A DNA stretch of 64,000 bases, taken from contig CAWCYG010000007.1 in the NCBI GenBank assembly GCA_963799815.1, positions 117,019 to 181,018 on the forward strand. The letters run 5' to 3'. How positions within the stretch are numbered: position 1 is the first letter of the stretch; every line of letters begins with the position of its first letter. The stretch comes from an uncultured Solirubrobacterales bacterium. GTDB lineage: Bacteria > Actinomycetota > Thermoleophilia > Solirubrobacterales > 70-9. The notes under the pieces were generated by a model. The model was given only the letters and a program-made list of their open reading frames with translations, ran no database searches and was not told the origin of the DNA. The position numbers and the translations under genes are program-made. Positions 1 to 10,762 of this stretch are shown piece after piece.

Positions 1-242
1 CCGACTGAGTCGGCGCCGACCATGTCGACGAGGCGAGCGAGGGTGTAGGCGATGACTATTGCGAGGGCGAACGCCAGGATGTATGGCATCGCGCTGTCGC
101 CGCCCTCGACGTCGGCCTCTGTGTACCCACGGGCCGCCATCCACTGATTCGAGAACAGAACGCCGTACCAGAGCATGCCGAGCGGTTGCGCCGCCACGGC
201 GCCGATCAGCACAGCGAGGTAGTTGACATCGGCTTCGAACAT
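1..242 (-). CDS. DUF1761-like membrane protein, N-terminal part (gene runs off the left edge)
   Basis: Reverse-strand ATG at 242..240, then MFEADVNYLAVLIGAVAAQPLGMLWYGVLFSNQWMAARGYTEADVEGG... It is hydrophobic and open to position 1. It is absent from the ORF track because there is no stop in the window. Confidence 0.55.
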   Translation of the reverse strand, partial: MFEADVNYLAVLIGAVAAQPLGMLWYGVLFSNQWMAARGYTEADVEGGDSAMPYILAFALAIVIAYTLARLVDMVGADSV

Positions 243-594
243 GGCTCCCCTGGGTCGAATTCGGCGCCGAAGGTATTGATGAGGGCGGACGGCCCTGCCA
301 GGCCTCGGTGCAAGAAACGGGCCCGGCCCGTTAGTCGTTCGGCACGCCTCGTTGCAGGGCAAAGGGAGGAGGCGCCGAACACCGATAAGTGGGATGAGCG
401 TTCGCTCACGGAAAGCAAACTCCCGCATGACCTTCTGCTACGTTGCCGCCACCTTCCGGCTGAATTCCCGCCACATACCGCGGGGATCGGGGGACCCATC
501 AGTTGGGGCGAATCTGCGGCTCTTGCCGCGTAGCGCCGTACCTCTTTCGGCGCGAGCCCGTCAGCTAACCCCGAAAGCGTCACGAAAGAGGAGC

Positions 595-1320
595 ATGGAC
601 GAGGGTCGCCAACGCCTTCGAACGGGAACCGAATACCGCCGCGAGGAACGCAGTCTCGCCGCCCGCCCCGATCGCATCGCCCTGTGGGCGGTCATCCTCG
701 CCGTGGTCGCGATGCTGGCCGGCGCCGCTAGCGCCGATGCCGGCTCCGGCGGAGTCGGCTCCGGCGGCGGCGCTGCCGGCACCGGGGGCGGTGGTGGTCA
801 AGGTGGCGGTGGCTGCGGGAAGGGGATGTTCGGCACGCGCTCGCTGGAGAAGGGCGATTGCGGCTCGGACGTCGAGACGCTCAATTGGCTGCTCAAGGCG
901 CGCGAGTACAAGGTGCCGCTGCGGCGGAACTTCAAGAACCCAACTCACAACTCCGTGCAGGCCTACCAGCGCAAGCGGGGCTTCCACCAGACGGGCGTGG
1001 TCAACAGCCGTACCCGCAAGGCGATCACGGGCAGCATGAAGACGCAACGGGCCAGCTGGTACGGGCCCGGATTCTTCGGCAACCGCACCGCCTGCGGCCA
1101 GAAGCTGCGAAAGAAGACGAAGGGTGTGGCCCACCGAAACCTGCCGTGCGGGACGAAGGTCGTGATCGGCTACCACGGGCGCTACGTGCGCACGCGGGTG
1201 ATCGACCGCGGCCCCTATGTGAAGCGCCACTACGAGCGCGACTGGGACCTCACCCGCGCCACGGCTCGCAGCCTCCACTTCGCGAGCACCGACAAGGTGC
1301 GCACGGCCGTCGTCAGGTAG
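595..1320 (+). CDS. Secreted/membrane-anchored peptidoglycan-binding protein with RlpA-like double-psi beta-barrel domain
   Basis: This is the inner ATG (aa 82 of ORF 352..1320), preceded by AAAGAGGAG. It has a TM helix, a Gly-rich linker and a PG_binding_1-like segment (GDCGSDVETLNWLL...QAYQRKRGFHQTGVV). A DPBB segment follows (ASWYGPGFFGNRTACG...CGTKVVI...VIDRGPY). Confidence 0.75.
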   Translation: MDEGRQRLRTGTEYRREERSLAARPDRIALWAVILAVVAMLAGAASADAGSGGVGSGGGAAGTGGGGGQGGGGCGKGMFGTRSLEKGDCGSDVETLNWLLKAREYKVPLRRNFKNPTHNSVQAYQRKRGFHQTGVVNSRTRKAITGSMKTQRASWYGPGFFGNRTACGQKLRKKTKGVAHRNLPCGTKVVIGYHGRYVRTRVIDRGPYVKRHYERDWDLTRATARSLHFASTDKVRTAVVR

Positions 1321-1338
1321 CGGCTCGGCGCGGAGCGA

Positions 1339-1905
1339 CTAGGCGGCGGAGGGCAGGATCGAAGGGTCGATCTGGTCCTGAGGGAGGGCGGCCGCGTTGG
1401 CGATCAGCGTCTGGAACTCCGCAAGGGCGACGTGGGCGACGGCCTCGAGGATCTCCTCGTCGGTCCACCCCGCCTCGCGCGCCTCCTCGCCCAGGTGGGC
1501 GCTCGGACGGCTATCCGAATCATGGAGGACCTCGAGGAACGCGAGCAGCGCCGCCTGCTTCCGGTCCGCTGAGGCAAACGAGCGGGCGCGTGAGACCTCG
1601 TCGAGGCCGAGTCCCGCCGCGCGACCCGTGCGCGCGTGCTGCGCGATCGAGTAGGTGTCGCCGCGCCGCTCGGCGACGGCGAGCGCGATCCGCTCGCGGG
1701 TGGCGCGAGGGAGGACCCCGTCGCGAAGCTCATGGCGCATCCGCGCGAACGCGCGGAGCGCCTTCGGCGAACCGGCCAGGACCCCCAGGAACTTTGAGAT
1801 CTCGGCGCCGGCGGTCTGGACGCCCTTGAGGATCTTCTGGCTGCCCTCAGGGGCGGTGAGCTCATCGTGGATATCGAACCGGCTGTAGTCGCTCTTGATG
1901 GTCAT
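1339..1905 (-). CDS. Carboxymuconolactone decarboxylase / AhpD-like family protein
   Basis: 188-aa ORF. It shows CMD-family features (PRATRERIALAVAERRGDTYSIAQHARTGRAAGL and a second CMD repeat with WTDEEILEAVAHVAL). Confidence 0.75.
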   Translation of the reverse strand: MTIKSDYSRFDIHDELTAPEGSQKILKGVQTAGAEISKFLGVLAGSPKALRAFARMRHELRDGVLPRATRERIALAVAERRGDTYSIAQHARTGRAAGLGLDEVSRARSFASADRKQAALLAFLEVLHDSDSRPSAHLGEEAREAGWTDEEILEAVAHVALAEFQTLIANAAALPQDQIDPSILPSAA

Positions 1906-2095
1906 GAAAGTTCGCCTTTACTTTACTTTTAGCTTGTTCCTTACGTGTTGTAAGTTATACCGAAATCGACGCTGCTTTGTAGTCACATACGTGCGAGCGG
2001 GCCCGGCGGTTGGGTGATCTTCGCGGCGCTCATGCCAGCGGCGCAAGACGCCGATAGAGTGAGCCGCCCGACCGACGCCCAGAGCCCAGGGAGAT
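1906..2095. promoter_or_regulatory. AT-richer divergent intergenic region (CMD gene <-> glnA), presumed promoters
   Basis: It is the only clearly AT-enriched stretch in the first 10 kb (tttactttacttttagcttgttccttacgtgttgtaagttataccgaaatcg). It contains short TTTAC direct repeats. I could not match any specific operator. Confidence 0.35.
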
Positions 2096-3448
2096 GTGAT
2101 GGCTGACCGCCCCGAGACCGCCGACGACGTCATCAAGATCGTCAAAGACCGCGACGTGCGCTTCGTGCGCTTGTGGTTCACCGACGTTCTCGGTCAGCTC
2201 AAGAGCTTCTCGATCAACGAGTCCGAGCTCGAGGACGCATTCGAGGGCGGCATGGGCTTCGACGGCTCCTCGATCACGGGCTTCAACGCAATCGAGGAGT
2301 CGGACATGATCGCGATGCCCGACGCCTCCACCTTCGACGTACTGCCCTGGCGGGCCGACGAGAACGCGACGGGCCGCCTGTTCTGCGACATCAAAGTGCC
2401 GGGCGGGGATCCCTACGAAGGCGACCCGCGATGGATCATGCGCCGCGCCCTCCAGCGCGCGCAGGAGCTGGGCTTCGACGACTTCAACATCGGCCCGGAG
2501 CTCGAGTACTTCTACTTCAAGGACGCGCGTCCCGAAGACGGCGTGCCCGAGACCCTTGATGAGGGCGGGTACTTCGACCTGACCACGCTCGACGCCGGCT
2601 CGGACGTCCGCCGCGAGACGATCTTGGCGCTCGAGCAGCTCGGCATCCACGTCGAGTACGCGCACCACGAGGTCGGCCCCTCTCAGCACGAGGTGGACAT
2701 GCGCTACAAGGACGCGCTCGCCATGTCCGACGACTGCATGACCTACCGCATGGTCGTCAAGGAATACGCGATGAAGTACGGCTGGCACGCGACCTTCATG
2801 CCGAAGCCGCTCTTCGGCGAGAACGGGTCGGGGATGCACGTGCATCAGTCGCTCTCCAAGGGCGAAAAGAACTCATTCTTCGACCCCGACGACCAGTACT
2901 ACCTCTCGGCCACGGCGAAGGCGTTCATCGCCGGCCAACTGAAACACGCCCGGGAGATCGCGCCGCTGTTCGCACAATGGGTGAACTCCTACAAGCGCCT
3001 CGTGCCCGGCTTCGAGGCGCCGGTCTACTTGGCCTGGTCACGGCGTAACCGCTCGGCCTTGATCCGGGTCCCTCTCTATCACCCGGGACAGGAGCGCGCC
3101 ACCCGTGCCGAACTCCGCTGCCCCGACCCGGCCTCGAACCCCTATCTGTGCTTCGCCGCCATGCTGCACGCCGGCCTCGAGGGCATCGAGAAGGGCTATG
3201 AGCTGCCCGAGCCGATGGAGCAGAACCTCTACCACCTGACCCCGGAGGAGCGCCACCAGCGCGGCATCGACCAGCTCCCCGAAACGCTGGGCGAGGCGAT
3301 CGAGATCGCCGCCGAGTCCGAGCTCGTCCTGCGCATCCTGGGCGAGCACACCTTCAGGCGCTTCATCGAGGTAAAGCGCCAGGAGTGGGAGGACTACCGC
3401 GTGCAGGTCACCCCGTGGGAGATCGAGCGCTTCCTGCCGGTGCTGTAG
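2096..3448 (+). CDS. glnA: Glutamine synthetase, type I
   Basis: 450 aa. Diagnostic GS-I sequence runs throughout (VRFVRLWFTDVLGQLKSF, FDGSSITGF, NIGPELEYFYF, HHEVGPSQHEVD, KPLFGENGSGMHVHQSL, NSYKRLVPGFEAP, RNRSALIRVP). Confidence 0.95.
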   Translation: MMADRPETADDVIKIVKDRDVRFVRLWFTDVLGQLKSFSINESELEDAFEGGMGFDGSSITGFNAIEESDMIAMPDASTFDVLPWRADENATGRLFCDIKVPGGDPYEGDPRWIMRRALQRAQELGFDDFNIGPELEYFYFKDARPEDGVPETLDEGGYFDLTTLDAGSDVRRETILALEQLGIHVEYAHHEVGPSQHEVDMRYKDALAMSDDCMTYRMVVKEYAMKYGWHATFMPKPLFGENGSGMHVHQSLSKGEKNSFFDPDDQYYLSATAKAFIAGQLKHAREIAPLFAQWVNSYKRLVPGFEAPVYLAWSRRNRSALIRVPLYHPGQERATRAELRCPDPASNPYLCFAAMLHAGLEGIEKGYELPEPMEQNLYHLTPEERHQRGIDQLPETLGEAIEIAAESELVLRILGEHTFRRFIEVKRQEWEDYRVQVTPWEIERFLPVL

Positions 3449-3486
3449 CGGCCGGGCGCCTGCGGGCCTCTCCCGCCCCCGAGCCG

Positions 3487-4209
3487 CTAGTCGATAGAGG
3501 AGAGCAGTGCAGCCAGAGCGAAGCCGAGCACGGTGGCCAGGCCGACCGCCTTGCCGCCGAGCCGCTGGGCTTCGGGAAGCATCGCGTCGGCGACCGTCAT
3601 CAGCACGGCGCCGCCCGCGAACGCCTGGATGAAGCCGACGACGTCGCCCGACGCATCCTCGAGGGCGCCGTAGCCTGCCGCCGCGGCGAGCGCGCAAGCC
3701 GCCGCCACCAGGATCCAGCTCCCCAGAACCTTGCGGCGATTGACCCCACTGGGCATGCTCGCGGTCGACGAAAGGGCCTCCGGGAGATTGGAGAGGAAGA
3801 TCGCCGCCAAGAACGGCAGCGCCACTTCGCCCTCGAGCACGGTGATGCCCAGGACAGCCGATTCCGGGATGCCGTCGAGGATCGCCCCGAGGAGCAGGGC
3901 GCGGCCGGAGTCCGGCGGCGGCTCGACACCCGCGCTCATACGGCCCTCGCCGCCGCGCTTGCCGATCAGGTGATCGCCGGCGTAGTAGGTGAGCGCTCCG
4001 GCGGCGAGACCGGCGGCCACGACGTCCGCGCCCCCCAGCTCGAAAGCATCCTCGGTGAGCTCGAAGGCCAGGGCGCTGATCAGGGTCCCGGCGCCGAAGC
4101 CCATCAAGAGGCCGAGCCCTTCCAGACCTGGCCGCAGGTAGAGGCCGAGGGCCGCCCCGATCACAAGCGAAGCCCCGCCCAGAAGTCCCCAAAGTCCGGC
4201 TTCCAGCAT
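3487..4209 (-). CDS. ZIP-family divalent metal transporter (ZupT-like)
   Basis: 240 aa and polytopic. It has the typical short ZIP layout with GILDGIPES and LSNLPEAL motifs. Confidence 0.8.
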   Translation of the reverse strand: MLEAGLWGLLGGASLVIGAALGLYLRPGLEGLGLLMGFGAGTLISALAFELTEDAFELGGADVVAAGLAAGALTYYAGDHLIGKRGGEGRMSAGVEPPPDSGRALLLGAILDGIPESAVLGITVLEGEVALPFLAAIFLSNLPEALSSTASMPSGVNRRKVLGSWILVAAACALAAAAGYGALEDASGDVVGFIQAFAGGAVLMTVADAMLPEAQRLGGKAVGLATVLGFALAALLSSID

Positions 4210-4292
4210 TGGTCGGCTGTACGGTAGTCCGAGCGTCCAGACGGAGCGCGATCGGCTTAAGGAAACGCCGAATCTATGCCGAAGGAGTAGGC

Positions 4293-5630
4293 GTGGCGGA
4301 TGTACCGAGGTACACGGGAACCTTCGGGGCTGCCGATGCCGAGCGGCTCCTGTGGCGCGGCGCCTTCGGCGGCTCCCGGCAGCGCGCCCAAAACCTCGCC
4401 CAGAAGGGCTTAAAGAACGCCGTCCGTTCGCTGACCCGCCCCGAGAAGACGAGCCTCAAGGGCCCGGCGCCGAACGACGAGGGCCACAAGATAAGGCCCT
4501 ACGACCACTACGGCCACGATGTCCTCTGGGTGCTCGACAGGATGGTGCGAACGCAGGCGCCGGCCCTCGAGCGCATGGCGCTCATCTGGCACGACTGGTT
4601 CGCGACCGCCGACGTTGGCGCCAAGTTCGCCATCGCCCAGTGGAAGCTCTTCCGAAAGCACGCCCTCGGGAACTTCGCGGACCTCGTGCGGGGGGTGACC
4701 GGGGACCCGGCGATGCTGATCTGGCTCTCCGGCATCTACAACCACAAGGACTATCCGAACGAAAACTACGGCCGCGAGCTGATGGAGCTATTTACCCTTG
4801 GCGCCGCGATCGACGGCTACCCCTACTCCGAGGACGACGTCCGCGAGCAGGCCCGCGCGCTGACGGGCTTCACCGCCAACTGGCGCGACGATGTCGGCTA
4901 CGTCAACTTCCGGTTCGAACAAAGCCGCCACGACAACGGACAGAAGACGATCTTCGGCCAGACCGGCAACTGGGACTGGAAGGACTCGTGCCGCCTCAGT
5001 CTCGAGCATGAGGCACACGCCCCGTACTTCGTCACGCGCATGTGGCAGCACTTCATCCCGGAGCCGCCCGACTCGACGACCCAGGCAGCGCTCGAGGAGC
5101 TCTACCTGGATTCCGACTACGAGATCCGGCCGGTGGTCGAGGCGATCCTCATGCATCCCCGCCTTTATGAGGGGCCCGCGATCGTGAAGCCCCCGGTCGT
5201 CGCCCTCGCGGGCATGATGCGCCTGCGCAAGCGGTACATCGATACGAACAGCTGGTATTGGATCTCCGACCTCGCCGGGCAGTGCCCGTTCCGGCCGCCC
5301 AACGTCTCGGGCTGGGATGAAGAGCGCTGGCTCGACACGTCTACCTTCCGCGGGCGTTGGTACGCCGCCTCCTACCTCGTGCGTCCCGACGAGATCGCCC
5401 ACGACGCCGACTACGACCCCAACGAGACCGCCAGCGAAGCCGTCGACAAGGCCCTGCGGTTCTTCGGAGATCCCACCCTCACGGACACCACCCGCGAGGA
5501 GCTGATCGCCTTCGGCGAATCGGTCGAGGCCTACATCACCGCCGGCTGGCAGAACCGCCAGGCCCGCATCCTGCGCCAGAACGCGATGCGGATGCTGATC
5601 GCGACCTCCCCCGACCTGCAAGCCAGCTGA
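4293..5630 (+). CDS. DUF1800 domain protein
   Basis: GTG at aa 29 of ORF 4209..5630, preceded by GAAGGAG. DUF1800 hallmarks are present (LERMALIWHDWFAT, GDPAMLIWLSG..N.K..PNENYGRELMELFTLG). Confidence 0.8.
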   Translation: MADVPRYTGTFGAADAERLLWRGAFGGSRQRAQNLAQKGLKNAVRSLTRPEKTSLKGPAPNDEGHKIRPYDHYGHDVLWVLDRMVRTQAPALERMALIWHDWFATADVGAKFAIAQWKLFRKHALGNFADLVRGVTGDPAMLIWLSGIYNHKDYPNENYGRELMELFTLGAAIDGYPYSEDDVREQARALTGFTANWRDDVGYVNFRFEQSRHDNGQKTIFGQTGNWDWKDSCRLSLEHEAHAPYFVTRMWQHFIPEPPDSTTQAALEELYLDSDYEIRPVVEAILMHPRLYEGPAIVKPPVVALAGMMRLRKRYIDTNSWYWISDLAGQCPFRPPNVSGWDEERWLDTSTFRGRWYAASYLVRPDEIAHDADYDPNETASEAVDKALRFFGDPTLTDTTREELIAFGESVEAYITAGWQNRQARILRQNAMRMLIATSPDLQAS

Positions 5631-5641
5631 GGGAAGGAGAC

Positions 5642-7018
5642 ATGGCCTGCCACTGCAACGAGTTCTCCCGCGCACACATGATGCACGCCGCCGCAGCGAA
5701 GGCGGGCCGCGGGCTGCCCCGGGTCGAGCAGGGCATGCCGCTCCCGGCTGGGACCGGGCTCTCGCGCCGCTCGTTCCTGCTGCGCTCCGGCGCCGCCGCG
5801 CTCTCTGTCTACGGCGCCTCGCGCCTGGGTCTGGAGGAGCTGCAGGCCGGCGTCGCGAAGGCGCAGGGCACGAACAACCCGGTGCTCGTCAGCGTGTTCT
5901 TGGACGGTGGAGCCGACTCCCTGTCGATCATCGCTCCGACCGGGTTGGGCGTCTACCACGACAGGCGTCCCTCGCTGGCGCTTGGGGACGACGAGTCGAT
6001 CCCCTTTCGGGGGGAGACCGACTGGCGCTGGAACGAGGCGGCGGCGCCGCTCGATCAGCTCCACCGGGCCGGCAAGATGTCGATCTTCCCGTCGATCGGA
6101 TACACGGACCCCGACCAGTCGCATTTCACCTCGCGCCATTACTGGGAGGTCGGCGACCTCGAGACCCATCTGCGAACCGGCTGGATGGGGCGCCTGCTGG
6201 ACCGGGTCGGCGCCGACGACAACCCACTTCAGGGGCTCTCGCTGAACGGCTGGCTCTCGCCCGGCCTTGCCACCGCCACCAATCCCGTCGCCGCGATCGA
6301 CGGCACCGAGTACGACCTCTGGGCGCCCGGCGTCTGGAACTACGACGAGGACGGCCCGAGGGTCGAGGACCTGATGCACGATGCCGTCGGCAGCATCGGC
6401 GGTGCCCACGCGAATGGCAGCGCGACCTGGGACGGCCATCGCAAGGCTGGGCGCGTCGCCCAGCAGGCATCGCAGCTTCACTCGCAGCTCGATGCGTTCG
6501 GCGAGGTGACCGTCCCGGCTGCCTACCCAGACCACTACTTCGGCGAGAGCCTGGCTGGGCTCGCCGCGATGCTTGCCGCGGGACTCCCGATCAGCTGCGC
6601 CGCGCTCAGCGGCGCCGGCGGCTATGACACCCACGACAGCCAGGAAGACAGCTTCGGGAACGACCTGAGCACCACGGCGCAGGCGCTGAAGGCGTTCCAG
6701 GATGATCTCGAGGCCAAGGGGCTCGCCGATCGTGTGATCACCTTGGTGTGGTCGGAGTTCGGGCGCCGGCCAGAGCAAAACGGTTCGGGGACCGACCACG
6801 GAGCGGCGGGGACCGCCTTCCTCATGGGCGCGCGCGTGATCGACCAGATGGTCGGCAGCCTGCCCGATCTTGGCGACCTCGACGAGGACGACAACCTGAA
6901 GCACACGATCGATTACCGCGCCGTCTACTCGGCGATCATCGACCAATGGTTCGGCGATGACCCCGGGGCCGTGATCCCCGACGCCGGCCAGTTCGATCAC
7001 CCCGTTCTGATCGAGTGA
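5642..7018 (+). CDS. DUF1501 domain protein (sulfatase/phosphatase-like fold) with TAT signal
   Basis: ATG is 12 nt after the DUF1800 stop, behind GGAAGGAG. It has a twin-arginine signal (GLSRRSFLLRSGAAALSVYG) and DUF1501-type sequence (GGYDTHDSQ, WSEFGRRPEQNGSGTDHG). Confidence 0.85.
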   Translation: MACHCNEFSRAHMMHAAAAKAGRGLPRVEQGMPLPAGTGLSRRSFLLRSGAAALSVYGASRLGLEELQAGVAKAQGTNNPVLVSVFLDGGADSLSIIAPTGLGVYHDRRPSLALGDDESIPFRGETDWRWNEAAAPLDQLHRAGKMSIFPSIGYTDPDQSHFTSRHYWEVGDLETHLRTGWMGRLLDRVGADDNPLQGLSLNGWLSPGLATATNPVAAIDGTEYDLWAPGVWNYDEDGPRVEDLMHDAVGSIGGAHANGSATWDGHRKAGRVAQQASQLHSQLDAFGEVTVPAAYPDHYFGESLAGLAAMLAAGLPISCAALSGAGGYDTHDSQEDSFGNDLSTTAQALKAFQDDLEAKGLADRVITLVWSEFGRRPEQNGSGTDHGAAGTAFLMGARVIDQMVGSLPDLGDLDEDDNLKHTIDYRAVYSAIIDQWFGDDPGAVIPDAGQFDHPVLIE

Positions 7019-7386
7019 TGCGTCGCCCCGCCGCCGTGCTCGTCGTCACGGGGATTGCGTTCGCATGCGCCGCGCCGGCGTTCGGCGGCAGCCCGTTCGT
7101 CGGGATCACGGCGACCGAGTTCGACCTCCAGCTCTCCCGGCAGAAGGTCAATCCGGGCCGGGGGGAGATCCAGTTGGTCAACGAGGGCGAGGATCCGCAC
7201 GATCTCGTGATCAAGCGCGTCGGCTCGGATGTGCGCCGTCAGATCCCGGAGATCCCGAGCGGGGGAGATCCCGAAACGCTCGAGCTCAGGTTCAAGCGCG
7301 GTTCGCGTTACATCATGTGGTGCTCGACCCTCGGCGGACAGCATCGCCAGCAGGGCATGGAGGCGGATCTCCGCGTCCGCAACTAG
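7015..7386 (+). CDS. Small secreted cupredoxin (type-1 blue copper ligand set)
   Basis: Its start overlaps the DUF1501 stop (GTGATG). It has a signal peptide. The ligand pattern is His (DPHDL) ... Cys-x6-His-x4-Met (WCSTLGGQHRQQGM). Confidence 0.65.
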   Translation: MMRRPAAVLVVTGIAFACAAPAFGGSPFVGITATEFDLQLSRQKVNPGRGEIQLVNEGEDPHDLVIKRVGSDVRRQIPEIPSGGDPETLELRFKRGSRYIMWCSTLGGQHRQQGMEADLRVRN

Positions 7387-7402
7387 GCGTTTGCGGCCAG
7401 TC

Positions 7403-8068
7403 CTATCGCCGCGCGCGGCTGCGCACGCGCTTCAGCGCGCCGGCCGCGGCGGTGCGAGCGTTTGTAGCCGCGAACATCGCCTTCTCGCCATGGGAGCCCT
7501 GTGGCGGTATCGCGCCCATCCGGCGTGCCAGTTCCAGCGCGTTCGTGTAGGCGCGGTTCTCGACGATCTCGCCATCAGCGATCGTCAGAAGGTCGAGCCC
7601 CTCGATCTCGATCGACGCGCCGGTCGCGGTCAGGCCCTCGAACTTGCCCGGGCCGCTGAACGTCGCCTGGGCGCTCCAGCGGACAGCGGCCTTGTCGCCG
7701 TAGGCGAGCATTTCCTCGACCTTGATCGCGAAGTCGGGAAAGGCGCGAAAGAGGCTGCCGAACCATTCGTGCAGGCCCTCGGGCACACGCAGCGTGGCCA
7801 TCCCGTAGAAATGGTCAAGGCTCCCCGTTCTCCAGCACGCGGCCATCGCGTCGGTGTCGCGCGCCGCGATCGCGTCGAAGTACGCCGTCGCAACCTGCTT
7901 CGCTGACGAGGGCTTTCCCTTCGGCGTCGACGAGGCCTTCCGCTTCGACGTGGACTTCGCCTTGGACGATGCCTTCGCCTTCGAGGACGACTTGGCCTTC
8001 GACGACGACTTCGCCTGCGTCTTCGCGACCTTGCCGCCCCTGGTCGTCTTGGCCTTCGCCGCCGCCAT
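7403..8068 (-). CDS. SnoaL/NTF2-like (ester-cyclase-like) protein with N-terminal Lys/Ser-rich repeat tail
   Basis: 221 aa. About 60 aa of AKSSSK-type repeats are followed by an NTF2-like core (VATAYFDAIAARDTDAMAACW ... DGEIVENRAYTN). GAGG lies 4 nt before the ATG. Confidence 0.7.
   Translation of the reverse strand: MAAAKAKTTRGGKVAKTQAKSSSKAKSSSKAKASSKAKSTSKRKASSTPKGKPSSAKQVATAYFDAIAARDTDAMAACWRTGSLDHFYGMATLRVPEGLHEWFGSLFRAFPDFAIKVEEMLAYGDKAAVRWSAQATFSGPGKFEGLTATGASIEIEGLDLLTIADGEIVENRAYTNALELARRMGAIPPQGSHGEKAMFAATNARTAAAGALKRVRSRARR
7889..8068 (-). repeat. Imperfect tandem coding repeat (AKSSSK/AKASSK units)
   Basis: The protein reads KAKSSSKAKSSSKAKASSKAKSTSKRKASSTPKGKPSSAK. The DNA shows repeated gccttcg/gacgac units. 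Confidence 0.7.
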
Positions 8069-8080
8069 GGCCTCGGCAGC

Positions 8081-10087
<2,007 letters not shown>

Positions 10088-10093
10088 CTGGGC

Positions 10094-10552
10094 TCAGGCT
10101 ACTCGGGGCGCTTCGGCCAGATCCTCCTTTGCCGCCTCGCCTGCCGGGTCGCCGCCGAGCTCGGCCTCCCGGCGGCGAATCGTGAGATCCGCGCGGCGGG
10201 TCCAACCGTCCGGCACGCGCGGTCCCAGCTCGCTTCGGTGATCGGAGATGAGGCAGTACGCCGCGTTCGTCAAGGGCTGGGCGGCGCTCATCAGGCGGCC
10301 GAGGAGCCGGCCGCCACGCAGGAGACCCATCACGAGCGGCAGCGCCTCGCCTCCGGAGCGCACGACGCAGTCGTCATCCACAAGGTGAAAGGAGGCGAAG
10401 CGGTCCTCCTCGCTCATGCCCGGAAGGAGATCGGCGGCGAGCGCGTCCTGCAGGGCAACGGGACGGATGGCCCGCTCACGATCGCGCGTCAGGAACGCGC
10501 CCAGCACCGTGCGGCAAAAACCGCAGTCCTGGTCGTAGAGGAGCGTCGTCAT
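10094..10552 (-). CDS. DCC-family thiol-disulfide oxidoreductase (DUF393)
   Basis: 152 aa. The N-terminal LLYDQDCGFCR motif is typical of DCC1-like proteins. Confidence 0.8.
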   Translation of the reverse strand: MTTLLYDQDCGFCRTVLGAFLTRDRERAIRPVALQDALAADLLPGMSEEDRFASFHLVDDDCVVRSGGEALPLVMGLLRGGRLLGRLMSAAQPLTNAAYCLISDHRSELGPRVPDGWTRRADLTIRRREAELGGDPAGEAAKEDLAEAPRVA

Positions 10553-10588
10553 TGCGATTCGGCTACCCCCGCGACCTGGGCGGAAGCG

Positions 10589-10762
10589 TCAAGCGCCGCG
10601 CAGCTCCCGGGTGGCGCGGGTCAGCGCGGCCATCGCCTGGGCCATATCGGCCCCGGTCTCATCCTGATAGCGCCGCAGAGCCTCTCGCGGCTTGCCCGCC
10701 TCGATCAGTGCGCGCACCTCCTCGGACGCGGCCGGCACCGCGCCTCGCTGCTCCGAGGTCAA
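10589..10762 (-). CDS. Small protein resembling the ribosomal L7/L12 C-terminal domain (start uncertain)
   Basis: EEVRALIEAGKPREALRRYQDETGADMAQAMAAL resembles the common stand-alone L7/L12-CTD-like motif. The candidate TTG start overlaps the upstream aminotransferase stop (TTGA). The longer ORF form (to 10849) would overlap that gene. Confidence 0.4.
   Translation of the reverse strand: MTSEQRGAVPAASEEVRALIEAGKPREALRRYQDETGADMAQAMAALTRATRELRGA

Noticed and set aside
1930-2010. A possible GlnR (GTnAC-n6-GAAAC) or TnrA (TGTNA-N7-TNACA) site in the AT-rich glnA upstream region.
   Set aside because: The closest strings (GTAAG-n7-GAAAT, TGTAAGTTATACC) miss the spacing or the half-sites. I keep only a generic regulatory-region call.
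3449-3486. A rho-independent terminator between the convergent glnA and ZIP genes. A similar check was made at 28562-28600 after pckG.
   Set aside because: Only short (5-bp) GC stems without U-tracts could be drawn. This is too weak to call.
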